The notes under the pieces were generated by a model. The model did not search any database. It had not been told where the DNA came from and worked only from the letters and a program-made list of their open reading frames with translations. From NCBI GenBank assembly GCA_902615625.1, contig CACMPM010000002.1, positions 28,472-92,471 on the forward strand: 64,000 nucleotides of DNA, given 5' to 3'. Each line of letters begins with the position of its first letter. The stretch's first letter is position 1. Positions 1-10,162 of this stretch are shown here, in pieces. The position numbers and the translations under genes were made by a program. This stretch comes from an uncultured Alphaproteobacteria bacterium. GTDB lineage: Bacteria; Pseudomonadota; Alphaproteobacteria; HIMB59; GCA-002718135.

Positions 1-1077
1 ATGCATCAAATCTAAAAATTCATTAACAATTTCTTCATTATTATTATTTGTATCCAAATGTAATTTCATAGACATCATTGTTAACCAAGATTGATCAAAT
101 AATTTTTTATATTTATTTAATATATCTTCGATTTTTTTAATTGCCGTTTTTTCATTTGAATCAATTAAATCAAGAAAAGTTTCAGCAAATCTTGCTAAAT
201 TCCACAACGTTATTTTTGATTGATTTTCAAAAGAATATCTTCCCATTTTATCAATTGAGCTAAAAACTTTTTTTGGATTATATTCATCCAAATATGCTGC
301 TGGACCATAATCTATAGTTTCACCAGATAAAGACATATTATCGGTATTCATAACACCATGAATAAAACCAACTCTCATCCAATCTACGACTAACTTAATT
401 TGTAAATCACAGATTGTCTCATAAAATTTTAAATATTTATCATTATTATTGTCTATATAAGGATAAAGCCTTGAAATTGTATAGGATATAAAGTTTTGAA
501 ATTCCTCTCTATTTTTTAAAAGGCTTCCAAATTGAAAAGTTCCCACTCTAATATGCGAATTCGCAACTCTAATTAAAATTGCACCAGGCTCTAATCTATC
601 ACGCAATACATTTTCACCTGTAGTAATAACAGCTAGTGCTCTGGTTGATGATATGCCAAGATTATGCATAGCTTCACTCAATATGTATTCCCTTATCATT
701 GGACCTAGTGCAGCCTTTCCGTCTCCATTTCTAGAGTAGGGTGTCTGTCCTGATCCTTTTAACTGTATATCTACCCTTTGTTTATTATTAGTAATATGTT
801 CACCAATAATTACAGCTCTACCATCGCCTAAAATTGTAAAATTTCCAAATTGATGTCCAGCATAAGCTTGAGAAAAGTAATTTTTATTTAATTTATTTTT
901 TCCCAAAAGAATATTACACTTTTCATCATCATCATATTTACTAAAATCTAAATTTAACTGCCTTGCAAGATCACTATTAAACAAAACTAATTTTTTATTA
1001 CTAAAATTTTCAGGATTAACTTTACTATAAAAAATACTAGGTAATTTTGTATAACTATCTTGAAAATTCCAAACCAT
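1..1077 (-). CDS. selO: Protein adenylyltransferase SelO/YdiU (3' end runs off the window)
   Basis: Not in ORF track. Manual translation from ATG at 1077 (MVWNFQDSYTKLP...) gives QAYAGHQFGNFTILGDGRA, QLKGSGQTPYSRNGDGKA and GFIHGVMNTDNMS motifs typical of SelO. Confidence 0.92.
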   Translation of the reverse strand, partial: MVWNFQDSYTKLPSIFYSKVNPENFSNKKLVLFNSDLARQLNLDFSKYDDDEKCNILLGKNKLNKNYFSQAYAGHQFGNFTILGDGRAVIIGEHITNNKQRVDIQLKGSGQTPYSRNGDGKAALGPMIREYILSEAMHNLGISSTRALAVITTGENVLRDRLEPGAILIRVANSHIRVGTFQFGSLLKNREEFQNFISYTISRLYPYIDNNNDKYLKFYETICDLQIKLVVDWMRVGFIHGVMNTDNMSLSGETIDYGPAAYLDEYNPKKVFSSIDKMGRYSFENQSKITLWNLARFAETFLDLIDSNEKTAIKKIEDILNKYKKLFDQSWLTMMSMKLHLDTNNNNEEIVNEFLDLMH

Positions 1078-1147
1078 TTTGAATAAATATATATAAATTT
1101 TTTGAATTTAACATCTACAACTTTAGTATATAAGTGTTAAGTCAGCA

Positions 1148-1930
1148 ATGAATACCATAATTGATATAGTTAATCAGTCAAAACATCCAATAGATAGTGA
1201 TGAATATATTCAATATTGCAATGATGAAATTAAAAAAAATTCTATACTAATATTAAATGATTTTTTAACAAATAGCTGCCTAAATGAATTAATTACTGAA
1301 GCACATGGATTACAAGATCAAGCTTTCTATTGTTCTCAAAATCATACTATCTTACTTAATAAACAAGATAAATTAAGTGCCTTGAATGATCCTTTAAATA
1401 GAGAGGTCGTAAGTGATAAAGGTTGTGTTCCTCATGATCTGTTAAATCAGCAATCAAAATTAAATATTTTATATCAATCAAATATTTTTAAAAATTTTTT
1501 AAAAGGTGTCTTAAATTTAAAAGATATTTATCCATACAGTGATACCTTATCTTCCATAAATTATAATTATTATCAAAAATCACAACAGCTAGGATGGCAT
1601 TTTGATAATGCATCATTTGCTATCACTTTAATGATACAATCATCAGATAATGGTGGTGAGTTTGAATATGTTAGTAAAGGTAGAAATTTTTCAGAAAACT
1701 ATATCGATAAATCATATATTAAAGATATTTTAGATAGAAAAATTTCAGCACAAAAAGCTAATGTTGATTCCGGTACTCTTATATTATTTTATGGTAGAAA
1801 TTATTTGCATCGTGTAACACCAGTAGAGTCAGAAAAACCAAGAATATTAGTAACACTAAATTATAATGAAGAGGAAGGTACAATGCTCTCAGAAAATGCA
1901 AGATTAACATTTTTTGGTAGAATTAACTAA
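1148..1930 (+). CDS. 2OG-Fe(II) oxygenase, BesD/HalD-like fold, HxD (hydroxylase-type) motif
   Basis: LGWHFD...GGEFEY...LHRVTPV...R facial triad and 2OG-binding Arg. Confidence 0.7.
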   Translation: MNTIIDIVNQSKHPIDSDEYIQYCNDEIKKNSILILNDFLTNSCLNELITEAHGLQDQAFYCSQNHTILLNKQDKLSALNDPLNREVVSDKGCVPHDLLNQQSKLNILYQSNIFKNFLKGVLNLKDIYPYSDTLSSINYNYYQKSQQLGWHFDNASFAITLMIQSSDNGGEFEYVSKGRNFSENYIDKSYIKDILDRKISAQKANVDSGTLILFYGRNYLHRVTPVESEKPRILVTLNYNEEEGTMLSENARLTFFGRIN

Positions 1931-2721
1931 TTATGATTAAAGAAAAATAATTGTTTTCCATTTACTCGATAATTATTAATCAATTGTTTTGCTTCTTCTG
2001 ATGTAATCCAATCAATATATTTTTTAGCTTCTTCAATATTTAAATTGTTATTTATCTTATTGCTTACTAAAATTATTCCATATTGATTAAATAATGGCGG
2101 TAAATTTTCACAGACAATTTGTAGATTTTCTTTTTTATTAAAAGCTATCCAAGTGCTACGATCACTAAGAGTGTAAGCATTTTTTTGATTAGCTATTAAT
2201 AATGTTGATCCCATTCCCTGACCAACACTGAGATACCAATTTTCTTCAAATGGTACTCTTATATTTGATAATTCCCAAAGTTCCCTTTCTTTTTTATGCG
2301 TACCACTCTCATCACCTCTAGATACAAATAACAATTTTGATTTTTTAATTTCAATCATTTTGTTTTCAATTGAAGAGCATGTTTTTTTATCTTTTTTCGG
2401 TCCTATCAAGACAAAATCATTATACATCAAATCATGTCTAAGAATGCCATACCCATTATTCATAAATTCTAGTTCTGATTTTTTATGGTGAACTAATAAA
2501 ATTTCAACATTGCCATCCATTGCAACTTTAATTGCCTGCCCTGTTCCAAGAGATAATGCCCTAACTTTTGTCTGATATTTATTTTCAAATTTTTTGTTAA
2601 TATATTCTAATAAGCCCGTATCGTGAGTAGAAGTAGTGCTAGCTATGGTTATATATTTATTATTTGCAAGAGCACTCTTTATAAAGAATATTAAACTAAA
2701 TATTAATAAAACTCTAATCAT
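1927..2721 (-). CDS. tupA: Tungstate ABC transporter substrate-binding protein
   Basis: Signal peptide; ASTTSTHDTGLL, GTGQA, SRGDESGTH, GQGMG, AYTLSDR motifs. Confidence 0.85.
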   Translation of the reverse strand: MIRVLLIFSLIFFIKSALANNKYITIASTTSTHDTGLLEYINKKFENKYQTKVRALSLGTGQAIKVAMDGNVEILLVHHKKSELEFMNNGYGILRHDLMYNDFVLIGPKKDKKTCSSIENKMIEIKKSKLLFVSRGDESGTHKKERELWELSNIRVPFEENWYLSVGQGMGSTLLIANQKNAYTLSDRSTWIAFNKKENLQIVCENLPPLFNQYGIILVSNKINNNLNIEEAKKYIDWITSEEAKQLINNYRVNGKQLFFFNHN

Positions 2722-2780
2722 AAACTTGATACATCATATAGTACTTACTAAATATATTTATATATTTTGAAAGGACAGTT

Positions 2781-2966
2781 ATGAAAATTATTAAAGTTTT
2801 GGAAAAAACTGAATTAGTTATAGTCGATTTAGAGGTAAATCTAGGTAAAGAAAAAAGGAATGGCTTAACATTATGCGTTAAATATAATGGTGATTATTAC
2901 CCATTAAATACTGCACATGATGGAAGACCAATTTTAATGAATAAAGAGAATGTTATTAAAAATTAA
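2781..2966 (+). CDS. Hypothetical protein, 61 aa
   Basis: AAGGA RBS upstream; fills an intergenic gap; protein-like composition. Confidence 0.6.
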   Translation: MKIIKVLEKTELVIVDLEVNLGKEKRNGLTLCVKYNGDYYPLNTAHDGRPILMNKENVIKN

Positions 2967-3303
2967 AGTTAAATTTTTTAATTATAAACATGAAAATTGC
3001 ATAAGCTATTGCAGTACTGATTATTGAAACAATTAGTGAAAAAACAAAATTTTGTTTAAATTTCAGCAGAATAGGTAAAACAATAAAAAAAACAAAAGAA
3101 GGAATACTCATAACAAGTGTACTATAAGATAACTCTATTACTTTTTGATAATCTTTTGTGTCCCAATATAACCATATAAAAGCTAATAAAGATGTTAATG
3201 GTAAGGAAACAATTACTGCAGCAGTCCAAGTATATTTTTTTGCTATTTCAGATACTGCAACAATTATAATAGCACTTATTATAGTTTTAAGAAAAAAATA
3301 CAT
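2956..3303 (-). CDS. DUF3147-like small membrane protein
   Basis: KTIISAIIIVAVSEIAK...SLPLTSLLAFIWLY pattern; 4 hydrophobic helices. Confidence 0.7.
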   Translation of the reverse strand: MYFFLKTIISAIIIVAVSEIAKKYTWTAAVIVSLPLTSLLAFIWLYWDTKDYQKVIELSYSTLVMSIPSFVFFIVLPILLKFKQNFVFSLIVSIISTAIAYAIFMFIIKKFNFNF

Positions 3304-4163
3304 TATTTACTCACATTTGTTCTTGTAGCTATATAGACACCAAATGTACAAATTAATAGTCCAATAATATCAATTATAAATAATTTTTCCTCTAAAACAA
3401 ACCAAGCCATTACAGCAGTAGTTGGAGGAACAAGGAAAAAAAGACTGCTAGTTTTAGAAGCTGTTCCATTTTTTATTAGATACATTAGTATTGCGTACGC
3501 TCCAAAAGACACCATAATGATTTGCCACGATATTGATAAAATAAAACGTGTATCAAAATTAATAAATGATATTTCAAAAAAAAGTGAAATTATAAATAAA
3601 AATATTCCAGCACTTAATGCTTGATAAAAATTATTAACTGAAAGACTGATTTCATGAGTAAATTTTTTTTGCCAAATAGTAGCTGATGTTGCTCCTAGAA
3701 GCGCAACAATAGATGCAATAACACCAATTGTCGGGATTTCAGTTCCAATTTCATAACCTATAACTAATATAGTGCCTAAAAAACCAAAAAATATTCCTAT
3801 CCATTGCGTAAAAGTAACTTTTTCTTTTAAGATAGGTCCACTTAGAATATTTGTTAAAATAGGTTGGAGGCATACAATTAACGCAGATAATGTTGCAGTA
3901 AGTCCCATAGAATAAGAAAAAAATACTCCACCTAAATAAAATCCATGAAAAAGAATTCCAGTAATCATAGCTTGAAAGATTAAATTTCGATTTATTCTTA
4001 TTCTTTCTCTAAAAATAAAAGAAAAAATTAAAAAAAATGCACTTACAATACAAAACCTAAAACATAGTGCTGCAAAAGGGCTTGCTGATTGCACAATAAA
4101 TTGACCACTTATAAAAGCACTACTCCAAAAAAAGATAAATAGATATGAAAGATATAGGTTCAT
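3303..4163 (-). CDS. DMT/EamA family transporter
   Basis: About 10 TM segments; WSSAF, LQPILT, LKEKV, LFFLVPP motifs. Confidence 0.88.
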   Translation of the reverse strand: MNLYLSYLFIFFWSSAFISGQFIVQSASPFAALCFRFCIVSAFFLIFSFIFRERIRINRNLIFQAMITGILFHGFYLGGVFFSYSMGLTATLSALIVCLQPILTNILSGPILKEKVTFTQWIGIFFGFLGTILVIGYEIGTEIPTIGVIASIVALLGATSATIWQKKFTHEISLSVNNFYQALSAGIFLFIISLFFEISFINFDTRFILSISWQIIMVSFGAYAILMYLIKNGTASKTSSLFFLVPPTTAVMAWFVLEEKLFIIDIIGLLICTFGVYIATRTNVSK

Positions 4164-4223
4164 TATAAATAATAATTCTATTCTTTATTTATAAATGTTA
4201 TGAAAATTTATTCATAGAATAAA

Positions 4224-4625
4224 ATGCTTAGCAATAAAATCAATTTTTTTTGTCCAAATTGTAGTTCAGATAAATATATTGGTAAAACTACTATAGGAAA
4301 AAAATATAAAGATGAACCATATAAAAATGTAACATCTGAAATACAATGCGCTAAGTGTTTTATGGATATTCCATCAATTATTTCAGAAAATATATCGCTA
4401 GATAAGCAAAATGAAATGTCCAAATTGTGGAATGAAATATATAAACCATCACATAAAGAAAATGCTGCACAATGTTCAAAATGTTTTAGGTATTATTGGG
4501 AAATTGAAAAATATTTATCTGAAAATAATATTTCTGCAAAAGACATTTTCTATCAAACTTATAATCCTAAAAAATCAATTGGAGATTTAATTTGTAAGAT
4601 TTGTGATCCATCATCTTTTAAATAA
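4224..4625 (+). CDS. Hypothetical Cys-rich protein (four CxxC pairs, probable Zn ribbons)
   Basis: CPNC, CAKC, CSKC, CKIC. Confidence 0.7.
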   Translation: MLSNKINFFCPNCSSDKYIGKTTIGKKYKDEPYKNVTSEIQCAKCFMDIPSIISENISLDKQNEMSKLWNEIYKPSHKENAAQCSKCFRYYWEIEKYLSENNISAKDIFYQTYNPKKSIGDLICKICDPSSFK

Positions 4626-4630
4626 AATTA

Positions 4631-5494
4631 ATGTTAGCATATATTCTTAATATATCAGGCTGGCTGCTATTACCTTTCATGGATGGTATTGCAAAATATC
4701 TATCTTCAGAAATACATTTCATACAAGTTGTTTGGGGTAGATATTTTTTTATGCTTTTAGTTAGTTTTCCACTAGCATTTATATTTTTTAGAAAAGAAAT
4801 TAGTTTTCCTAAAACAATTTCAGTACAGCTATTTAGAAGTTTTTTTTTATTTTTATCTACAATATTTTTCTTTTATGCAATTTCAATTATAACTTTAGCA
4901 GAAGCTTTAACCCTTGCCTTTATCTCTCCAATAATAGTGACAATATTATCATTTTTTTATTTAAAAGAAAAAGTTGGAATTCATCGATGGACTGCAGTTT
5001 TGATTGGGTTTTTTGGTGTTATGATCATCATAAGGCCAGGTTTTATAGAAATTAATTTTGCATCTTTTTCAGCTATTGCTGCTGGAATTTCATACGCTTT
5101 TTATATAATTTATACTCGAAAATTATCTTTTACAGATAGTGCTGTTGTTACTTTGCTTTTTACAGGTATCGTAGGTTGTATTTTTATTTCTCTTGTTGTT
5201 CCTTTTTACTGGATAAATTTAGAATTAAGACAATTATTATTACTCATTTCATTAGCTTCAATAGGAACTTTAGGACATTTTTTTATAATTCTTTCTTTAA
5301 GACTTGGAGAAGCTTCTAAACTAGCTCCTTTAGGCTATTTTGAGATCTCCACAAATATACTTGTTGGATATGCCTTCTTTGGTGATTTGCCTGATATTTG
5401 GATTTATTTAGGATTATCTTTGATTGTTTTTAGTGGTATTTATATTTTTATTAGAGAAAGAAAAGAGATTAAAAAAACTAATTTGTTTTTCTAG
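4631..5494 (+). CDS. DMT/EamA family transporter
   Basis: About 10 TM; LKEKVGIHRW, IIRPG, ASKLAP motifs. Confidence 0.88.
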   Translation: MLAYILNISGWLLLPFMDGIAKYLSSEIHFIQVVWGRYFFMLLVSFPLAFIFFRKEISFPKTISVQLFRSFFLFLSTIFFFYAISIITLAEALTLAFISPIIVTILSFFYLKEKVGIHRWTAVLIGFFGVMIIIRPGFIEINFASFSAIAAGISYAFYIIYTRKLSFTDSAVVTLLFTGIVGCIFISLVVPFYWINLELRQLLLLISLASIGTLGHFFIILSLRLGEASKLAPLGYFEISTNILVGYAFFGDLPDIWIYLGLSLIVFSGIYIFIRERKEIKKTNLFF

Positions 5495-6332
5495 TTGTTT
5501 GATAAATAAATATTGTAACAGATCCAAGCAGTAGGGCTCCTCCTATAATTGTATTTAGAGGAGGTATTTCATTTATAACAAACCAAACCCAAGCAGTACC
5601 TAAAACACTTTCTAATAAAAATATTAGAGCCACTTCGTGTGCTGGAGCAAATTTAGGAGAAATTGTCAAAATCATAAATGGAATGGGTAGTATTAATAAG
5701 CACATTATAAAAAGAAATATAATTTGATCATTATTTAAATTAAAGTTAATTCCAAAAGGTAGAGCGTAAATAGCTGATATTAAACATCCTAATAAACACG
5801 CTGGTACCAAATCTTTATTTTTAAATAATCTAACAAGAACCATACTAAAACCCATTCCTATTGCTACAATTAGAGCCATAATATCTCCGTATAATCCTGT
5901 ACTTGTAAAGCTTCCTATTCCAATGATTATCATTGCAAGCATAGATATTAAAATTACTATCCATGTAAAAAGACTTGGTATTTCTTTAAGTATAATAACT
6001 GAAAATAATGCAGCAAAAATGGGAGCTGATGCAATGAGAACCAATGTATTAGCTACAGCAGTATTTTGAATTGAATACACAAAACAAATATGAGTTATAG
6101 CATAGAGAATAGCATAGATTAAACCTGGTACTCCAATTAGATAAAATGATTTAAGAAAAGATCTTTTATAAGTATAAACAAGAAAAATTAATATTGTAAC
6201 AATTGGTAGAGCGCTTCTATAAAATATTAGACTAAAATCATCTAAATTTATTAATCTAATAAATAAACTATCAGGGCTAAGAATTAAAACTCCAATAAAT
6301 GATAGTATAAGGCCTTTATTTCTTGCTTTCAT
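5478..6332 (-). CDS. DMT/EamA family transporter
   Basis: About 10 TM; LSPDSLFIRL, APIFAA, LLESVLG. Confidence 0.85.
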   Translation of the reverse strand: MKARNKGLILSFIGVLILSPDSLFIRLINLDDFSLIFYRSALPIVTILIFLVYTYKRSFLKSFYLIGVPGLIYAILYAITHICFVYSIQNTAVANTLVLIASAPIFAALFSVIILKEIPSLFTWIVILISMLAMIIIGIGSFTSTGLYGDIMALIVAIGMGFSMVLVRLFKNKDLVPACLLGCLISAIYALPFGINFNLNNDQIIFLFIMCLLILPIPFMILTISPKFAPAHEVALIFLLESVLGTAWVWFVINEIPPLNTIIGGALLLGSVTIFIYQTTRKTN

Positions 6333-6400
6333 AAATACTTGAAAATAAATAGATTATTATTATTTCTATCAGTATCGTTCTTTAATTCACACTTGTTTTT

Positions 6401-6808
6401 ATGAAAAAATTACTTTTTTTATGTTTAATTTTTTTGTCACTAAATACTAATGCTCTAGATTCAAATAAATTAATAAATCTTGATGATTTAAAAATCCTTT
6501 TTGATTTTCAAAAAAATGATTGGAATGAAAATGTTCTTTTTTTGGTGAAAAAGAATTCATTTTCTAAAATAGATAATGACTCAGATATATATTATTTAAA
6601 AACAATATTTAATGATGTCGAAATAATTACAATGCCAATATTTTTTAATAACATTGTTGAAAAAATAAATTTTGAGTATATTTTTAATGATCATAATAAA
6701 AAAAATTTAAAAATTATTAATAATCATTTTAATTCACTCAAAAATTTTTGTTTTGAATATTTCGATAAAGATCACAATATACAAGTAGTTGTTTCTAAAT
6801 GTGATTAA
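6401..6808 (+). CDS. Hypothetical exported protein
   Basis: MKK + hydrophobic signal peptide. Confidence 0.6.
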   Translation: MKKLLFLCLIFLSLNTNALDSNKLINLDDLKILFDFQKNDWNENVLFLVKKNSFSKIDNDSDIYYLKTIFNDVEIITMPIFFNNIVEKINFEYIFNDHNKKNLKIINNHFNSLKNFCFEYFDKDHNIQVVVSKCD

Positions 6809-7713
6809 TTAAAAACTATCGATGTAGCTTTAAAAATTAAACTATGTCTTTTGGCTAACTCTAATTTATCATTTGAATAACCACCACCTATTACTGTCGC
6901 AATAGGAATTGATTTATTTTTAAAAAATTCTAGTACTGTAAGATCTCTTTTTAATAATCCTTCAGTTGTTATTTTTAAATTTCCTAATTTATCATTTTTA
7001 TGAATATCAACCCCTGTATCAAAAATTACTAATTCAGGATTAAAATTTTTTAAACAACTATTAAGTGATTGATTTAATATTTCTAAATACTCATCATCTT
7101 CTAAATTATCATCTAATTCAACATCCATATCACTTATTGATTTTCTAAAGGGAAAGTTATTTTTACAATGAATAGAACATGTAAATATTTTATCATTACT
7201 CTTAAGGATTGAAGCGGTACCATCACCTTGATGCACATCAGTGTCAAAAATTAATATTTTTTTTACTTGATGGGTTCTTATTAAATGTAATGAAGCATAA
7301 GCCAAATCGTTAAAAACACAGTATCCCGAACCAAAATCCCTATGACTATGGTGTGTGCCACCTGCTAAATGATTTGCTATACCATTTTTAATTGCTTCTT
7401 TGCATGTTAATAGAGTTCCATTAACTGCTAAAAAGGAACGATTAGAAAGTGTTTCTGACCATTTAAAACCCAATCTTCTTATTTCTTTATCGGATAAAGT
7501 ACCATTTTTAATTTTTAATACATAATCTAAATCATGACATATAGAAACTTCATCAACACTTGCTTTTTGAGGACTTAGAATTTTAGCACGATGATAAAAA
7601 TCTGAAGTTTTTAATTCATTATATAAATCTGAAAACTTACTGGCAGTAAATTTATGATTTTCAGGCAGAGGAATGTCATAATCTTCGTGTGTTACCCAAC
7701 TGATTTTTTTCAT
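6805..7713 (-). CDS. Histone deacetylase family Zn-dependent deacylase
   Basis: GGTHH, GYCVFND, DTDVHQGDGT, GGGY motifs. Confidence 0.92.
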   Translation of the reverse strand: MKKISWVTHEDYDIPLPENHKFTASKFSDLYNELKTSDFYHRAKILSPQKASVDEVSICHDLDYVLKIKNGTLSDKEIRRLGFKWSETLSNRSFLAVNGTLLTCKEAIKNGIANHLAGGTHHSHRDFGSGYCVFNDLAYASLHLIRTHQVKKILIFDTDVHQGDGTASILKSNDKIFTCSIHCKNNFPFRKSISDMDVELDDNLEDDEYLEILNQSLNSCLKNFNPELVIFDTGVDIHKNDKLGNLKITTEGLLKRDLTVLEFFKNKSIPIATVIGGGYSNDKLELAKRHSLIFKATSIVFN

Positions 7714-7767
7714 AAATTTGCCTCTTTTTAACTCAATTTATGCCTAAATTAATTTGTACATAGATTA

Positions 7768-7838
7768 TGTGGCACTAATCTACCAATATATATTTAGTGA
7801 GTAAATGTATTCTATCCATAAAGAATTAGTGTCACAAC
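7768..7838 (+). ncRNA. Candidate structured RNA element A (12-bp closing stem, 45-nt loop)
   Basis: TGTGGCACTAAT (7768-7779) pairs with ATTAGTGTCACA (7825-7836) with one G-U on the + strand; related to the element at 10163-10240. Confidence 0.4.
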
Positions 7839-7945
7839 CAATATGGAATTTGTTTTAATATTTGATTTATTAATTATTTGTTTAATTGGTTTTTTTATTG
7901 TCAATTTTTATTGAATTAATAATCAATTTAAATAATATTTTGAGA

Positions 7946-8725
7946 ATGAAAGATCTTTATGATCGAAATGGCTATTTTTCACCATTAAAAATTTATAATG
8001 CAAAAGAAGCAAATTTTTTTAGAAATAAATTAGAAGATTCAGAAAAAAAATTAGGTAAACTTCATTATATTGTGAAAACTTATACAATAATGAAATGGGT
8101 GTATGAAATAGCAACTAATCAAATTTTGCTTGATTTTGTCGAAGAAATAATTGGTAAAAATATATTGTTATATAATGCAACTTTTATAATAAAAGAACCA
8201 AACACTAAAACACACGTAAGTTGGCATCAAGATCTTACCTATTGGGGTTTTGATAATAATGAAAAACAAGTAAGTGCATGGCTTGCTTTATCCAAAGCTA
8301 ATGATCAAAGTGGTTGTATGCAAATGATTCCAGGTTCCCATAAAAATGGATTTTTTGAACATCATTCAACTGAAGATAATAATAATGTTTTATCTAGGGG
8401 TCAAACTGTAAAAGATATTGATATAAATAAAGCGGTATCATGTCCGTTAGAACCAGGTGAAGTTTCATTTCATCATGGTCTAACATTACACGCATCTCAA
8501 CCTAATTTTAGTAATGACAGAAGAATAGGTTTAAATTTTCAATTTATTTCTCCTGATATGAAACAACTAAAAAGCAAAAATGATAGTGCTATTTGTGTAA
8601 GAGGAGAAGATAAGTATAAAAATTTTAAGACAGATCAAGTAGCTAAAGATGACTTTGATCATGAAGCCTATCAACATCTTTTAGTATTAAATAACCATTA
8701 TAATGAAACAATAAGAAAAAATTGA
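7946..8725 (+). CDS. Phytanoyl-CoA dioxygenase (PhyH) family protein
   Basis: WHQDLTYW, IPGSH, HHGLTLHASQPN...RR; ATG at 7946 preferred over TTG at 7886. Confidence 0.9.
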   Translation: MKDLYDRNGYFSPLKIYNAKEANFFRNKLEDSEKKLGKLHYIVKTYTIMKWVYEIATNQILLDFVEEIIGKNILLYNATFIIKEPNTKTHVSWHQDLTYWGFDNNEKQVSAWLALSKANDQSGCMQMIPGSHKNGFFEHHSTEDNNNVLSRGQTVKDIDINKAVSCPLEPGEVSFHHGLTLHASQPNFSNDRRIGLNFQFISPDMKQLKSKNDSAICVRGEDKYKNFKTDQVAKDDFDHEAYQHLLVLNNHYNETIRKN

Positions 8726-8787
8726 TATTTATTTATTAGAATCTGAAATAAGAAATCTAAAAATTAACTTCTATTTAATCAAATCAT

Positions 8788-9699
8788 ATGAATGTTTTAT
8801 CTGGAATTAGTATCGGATTTATTGGTTACACTATATTTGTCATTTTAGATACAATAATTAAAAAATACCTAGTTAATGAATATTCTGTTTTTCAAATAAA
8901 TTTTTATATTTGTCTTTTTAGCTTTATACCAACATTATTAACTCTTTATTTTTTAAACAAATGGAGATCACTAAAAAATGACATTATTCATATACAGCTT
9001 CTTAGAGGATTATTTGGATTAATTTCAGGAGCTTTAGTAGTTTATTCATTTAGAGAACATGCATTTAGTGAAATTTACCCAATTTTATTTAGTGCTCCAT
9101 TAATGATAACAATGTTATCCCATTTTTTTTTAGATGAAAAAGTTGGTATTAGAAGATGGTCAGCGGTAACAGTTGGATTTATTGGCGTATTAATAGTTAG
9201 TAGGCCTGGCACTATTCATTTTTCATTAAGTCTATTTGGTTTATTTTTTTCCGCATTATTAATGGCGATAAATATTACTTTAGTAAGAAAGTATTCAAAT
9301 AATCAATCATCAATAGCATTTACTTTTTATGCTTTTTTATCTGCAACTATTTTAAATGGATTACTTAGTTTTAATAGCCACACCGCATTATCTTTTAATG
9401 ATTTAATGATACTTGTTTTTTGCGGTATAATTTGTGGGATAGGAGGTAATTGTTTAACAATCGCTTCAAAATTTTTAGAGTCTAGTGTTTTTGCTCCTAT
9501 TCAATATACACAATTAATATCTGGAGCAATTTTAGGTTATTTATTTTTTACTGATATTCCAGATATTTATGAAATTATAGGATCATTAATTATTGTGGGA
9601 AGTGGAATATATATAATAATCAGAGAAACAAGAATTGGCGTTAGGCCTTATATTAAAGAGAACTCAAGATTTCGTGATCAATTTAATAGGGGGCATTAA
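8788..9699 (+). CDS. DMT/EamA family transporter
   Basis: About 10 TM; EKVGIRRW, VSRPG, APIQYTQL. Confidence 0.88.
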   Translation: MNVLSGISIGFIGYTIFVILDTIIKKYLVNEYSVFQINFYICLFSFIPTLLTLYFLNKWRSLKNDIIHIQLLRGLFGLISGALVVYSFREHAFSEIYPILFSAPLMITMLSHFFLDEKVGIRRWSAVTVGFIGVLIVSRPGTIHFSLSLFGLFFSALLMAINITLVRKYSNNQSSIAFTFYAFLSATILNGLLSFNSHTALSFNDLMILVFCGIICGIGGNCLTIASKFLESSVFAPIQYTQLISGAILGYLFFTDIPDIYEIIGSLIIVGSGIYIIIRETRIGVRPYIKENSRFRDQFNRGH

Positions 9700-9723
9700 T
9701 TGAAATTATAATTAGAGCATAGA

Positions 9724-10143
9724 TTATTCACCTATATAACTTAAAATTATTTTTCTTTTGTATTTGCTGTACCTGTGCTCAATTAGATATATTCCTTGCC
9801 AAGTACCCAAAATCATTTCTTTATTATTTATAGGAATTGTTAATGATGTTTGAGTGAGCATTGATTTGATATGAGCAGGCATATCATCATCTCCTTCATA
9901 ACCGTGTTTATATAATGAAGAATCTTCAGGAACAATTTTTTTAAAAAAAGAATTAATATCTTCCAAAACGTCAGAACTAGCATTTTCCATAATTGTTAAT
10001 GACGCAGAGGTGTGTTGTATAAATAAATTTAGCTGACCTTTAATAATATTATTTTTTAAAATCCAATCATGAACATTATTTGTAATTTCATACATTCCTT
10101 GTCCATTATTAGAAATTATCAATTCATCTTGTAAATTTAACAT
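9724..10143 (-). CDS. yjbQ: YjbQ (UPF0047) family protein
   Basis: HTSASL, DDMPAHIKS, LGTWQGIYLIEHR. Confidence 0.92.
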   Translation of the reverse strand: MLNLQDELIISNNGQGMYEITNNVHDWILKNNIIKGQLNLFIQHTSASLTIMENASSDVLEDINSFFKKIVPEDSSLYKHGYEGDDDMPAHIKSMLTQTSLTIPINNKEMILGTWQGIYLIEHRYSKYKRKIILSYIGE

Positions 10144-10162
10144 TTCATAATCTTAAAATGAA

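Noticed and set aside
7770-7785. TGGCAC as a sigma-54 -24 box (also at 10167)
   Set aside because: No TTGC at the -12 position in either case; the sequences are better explained as stem arms
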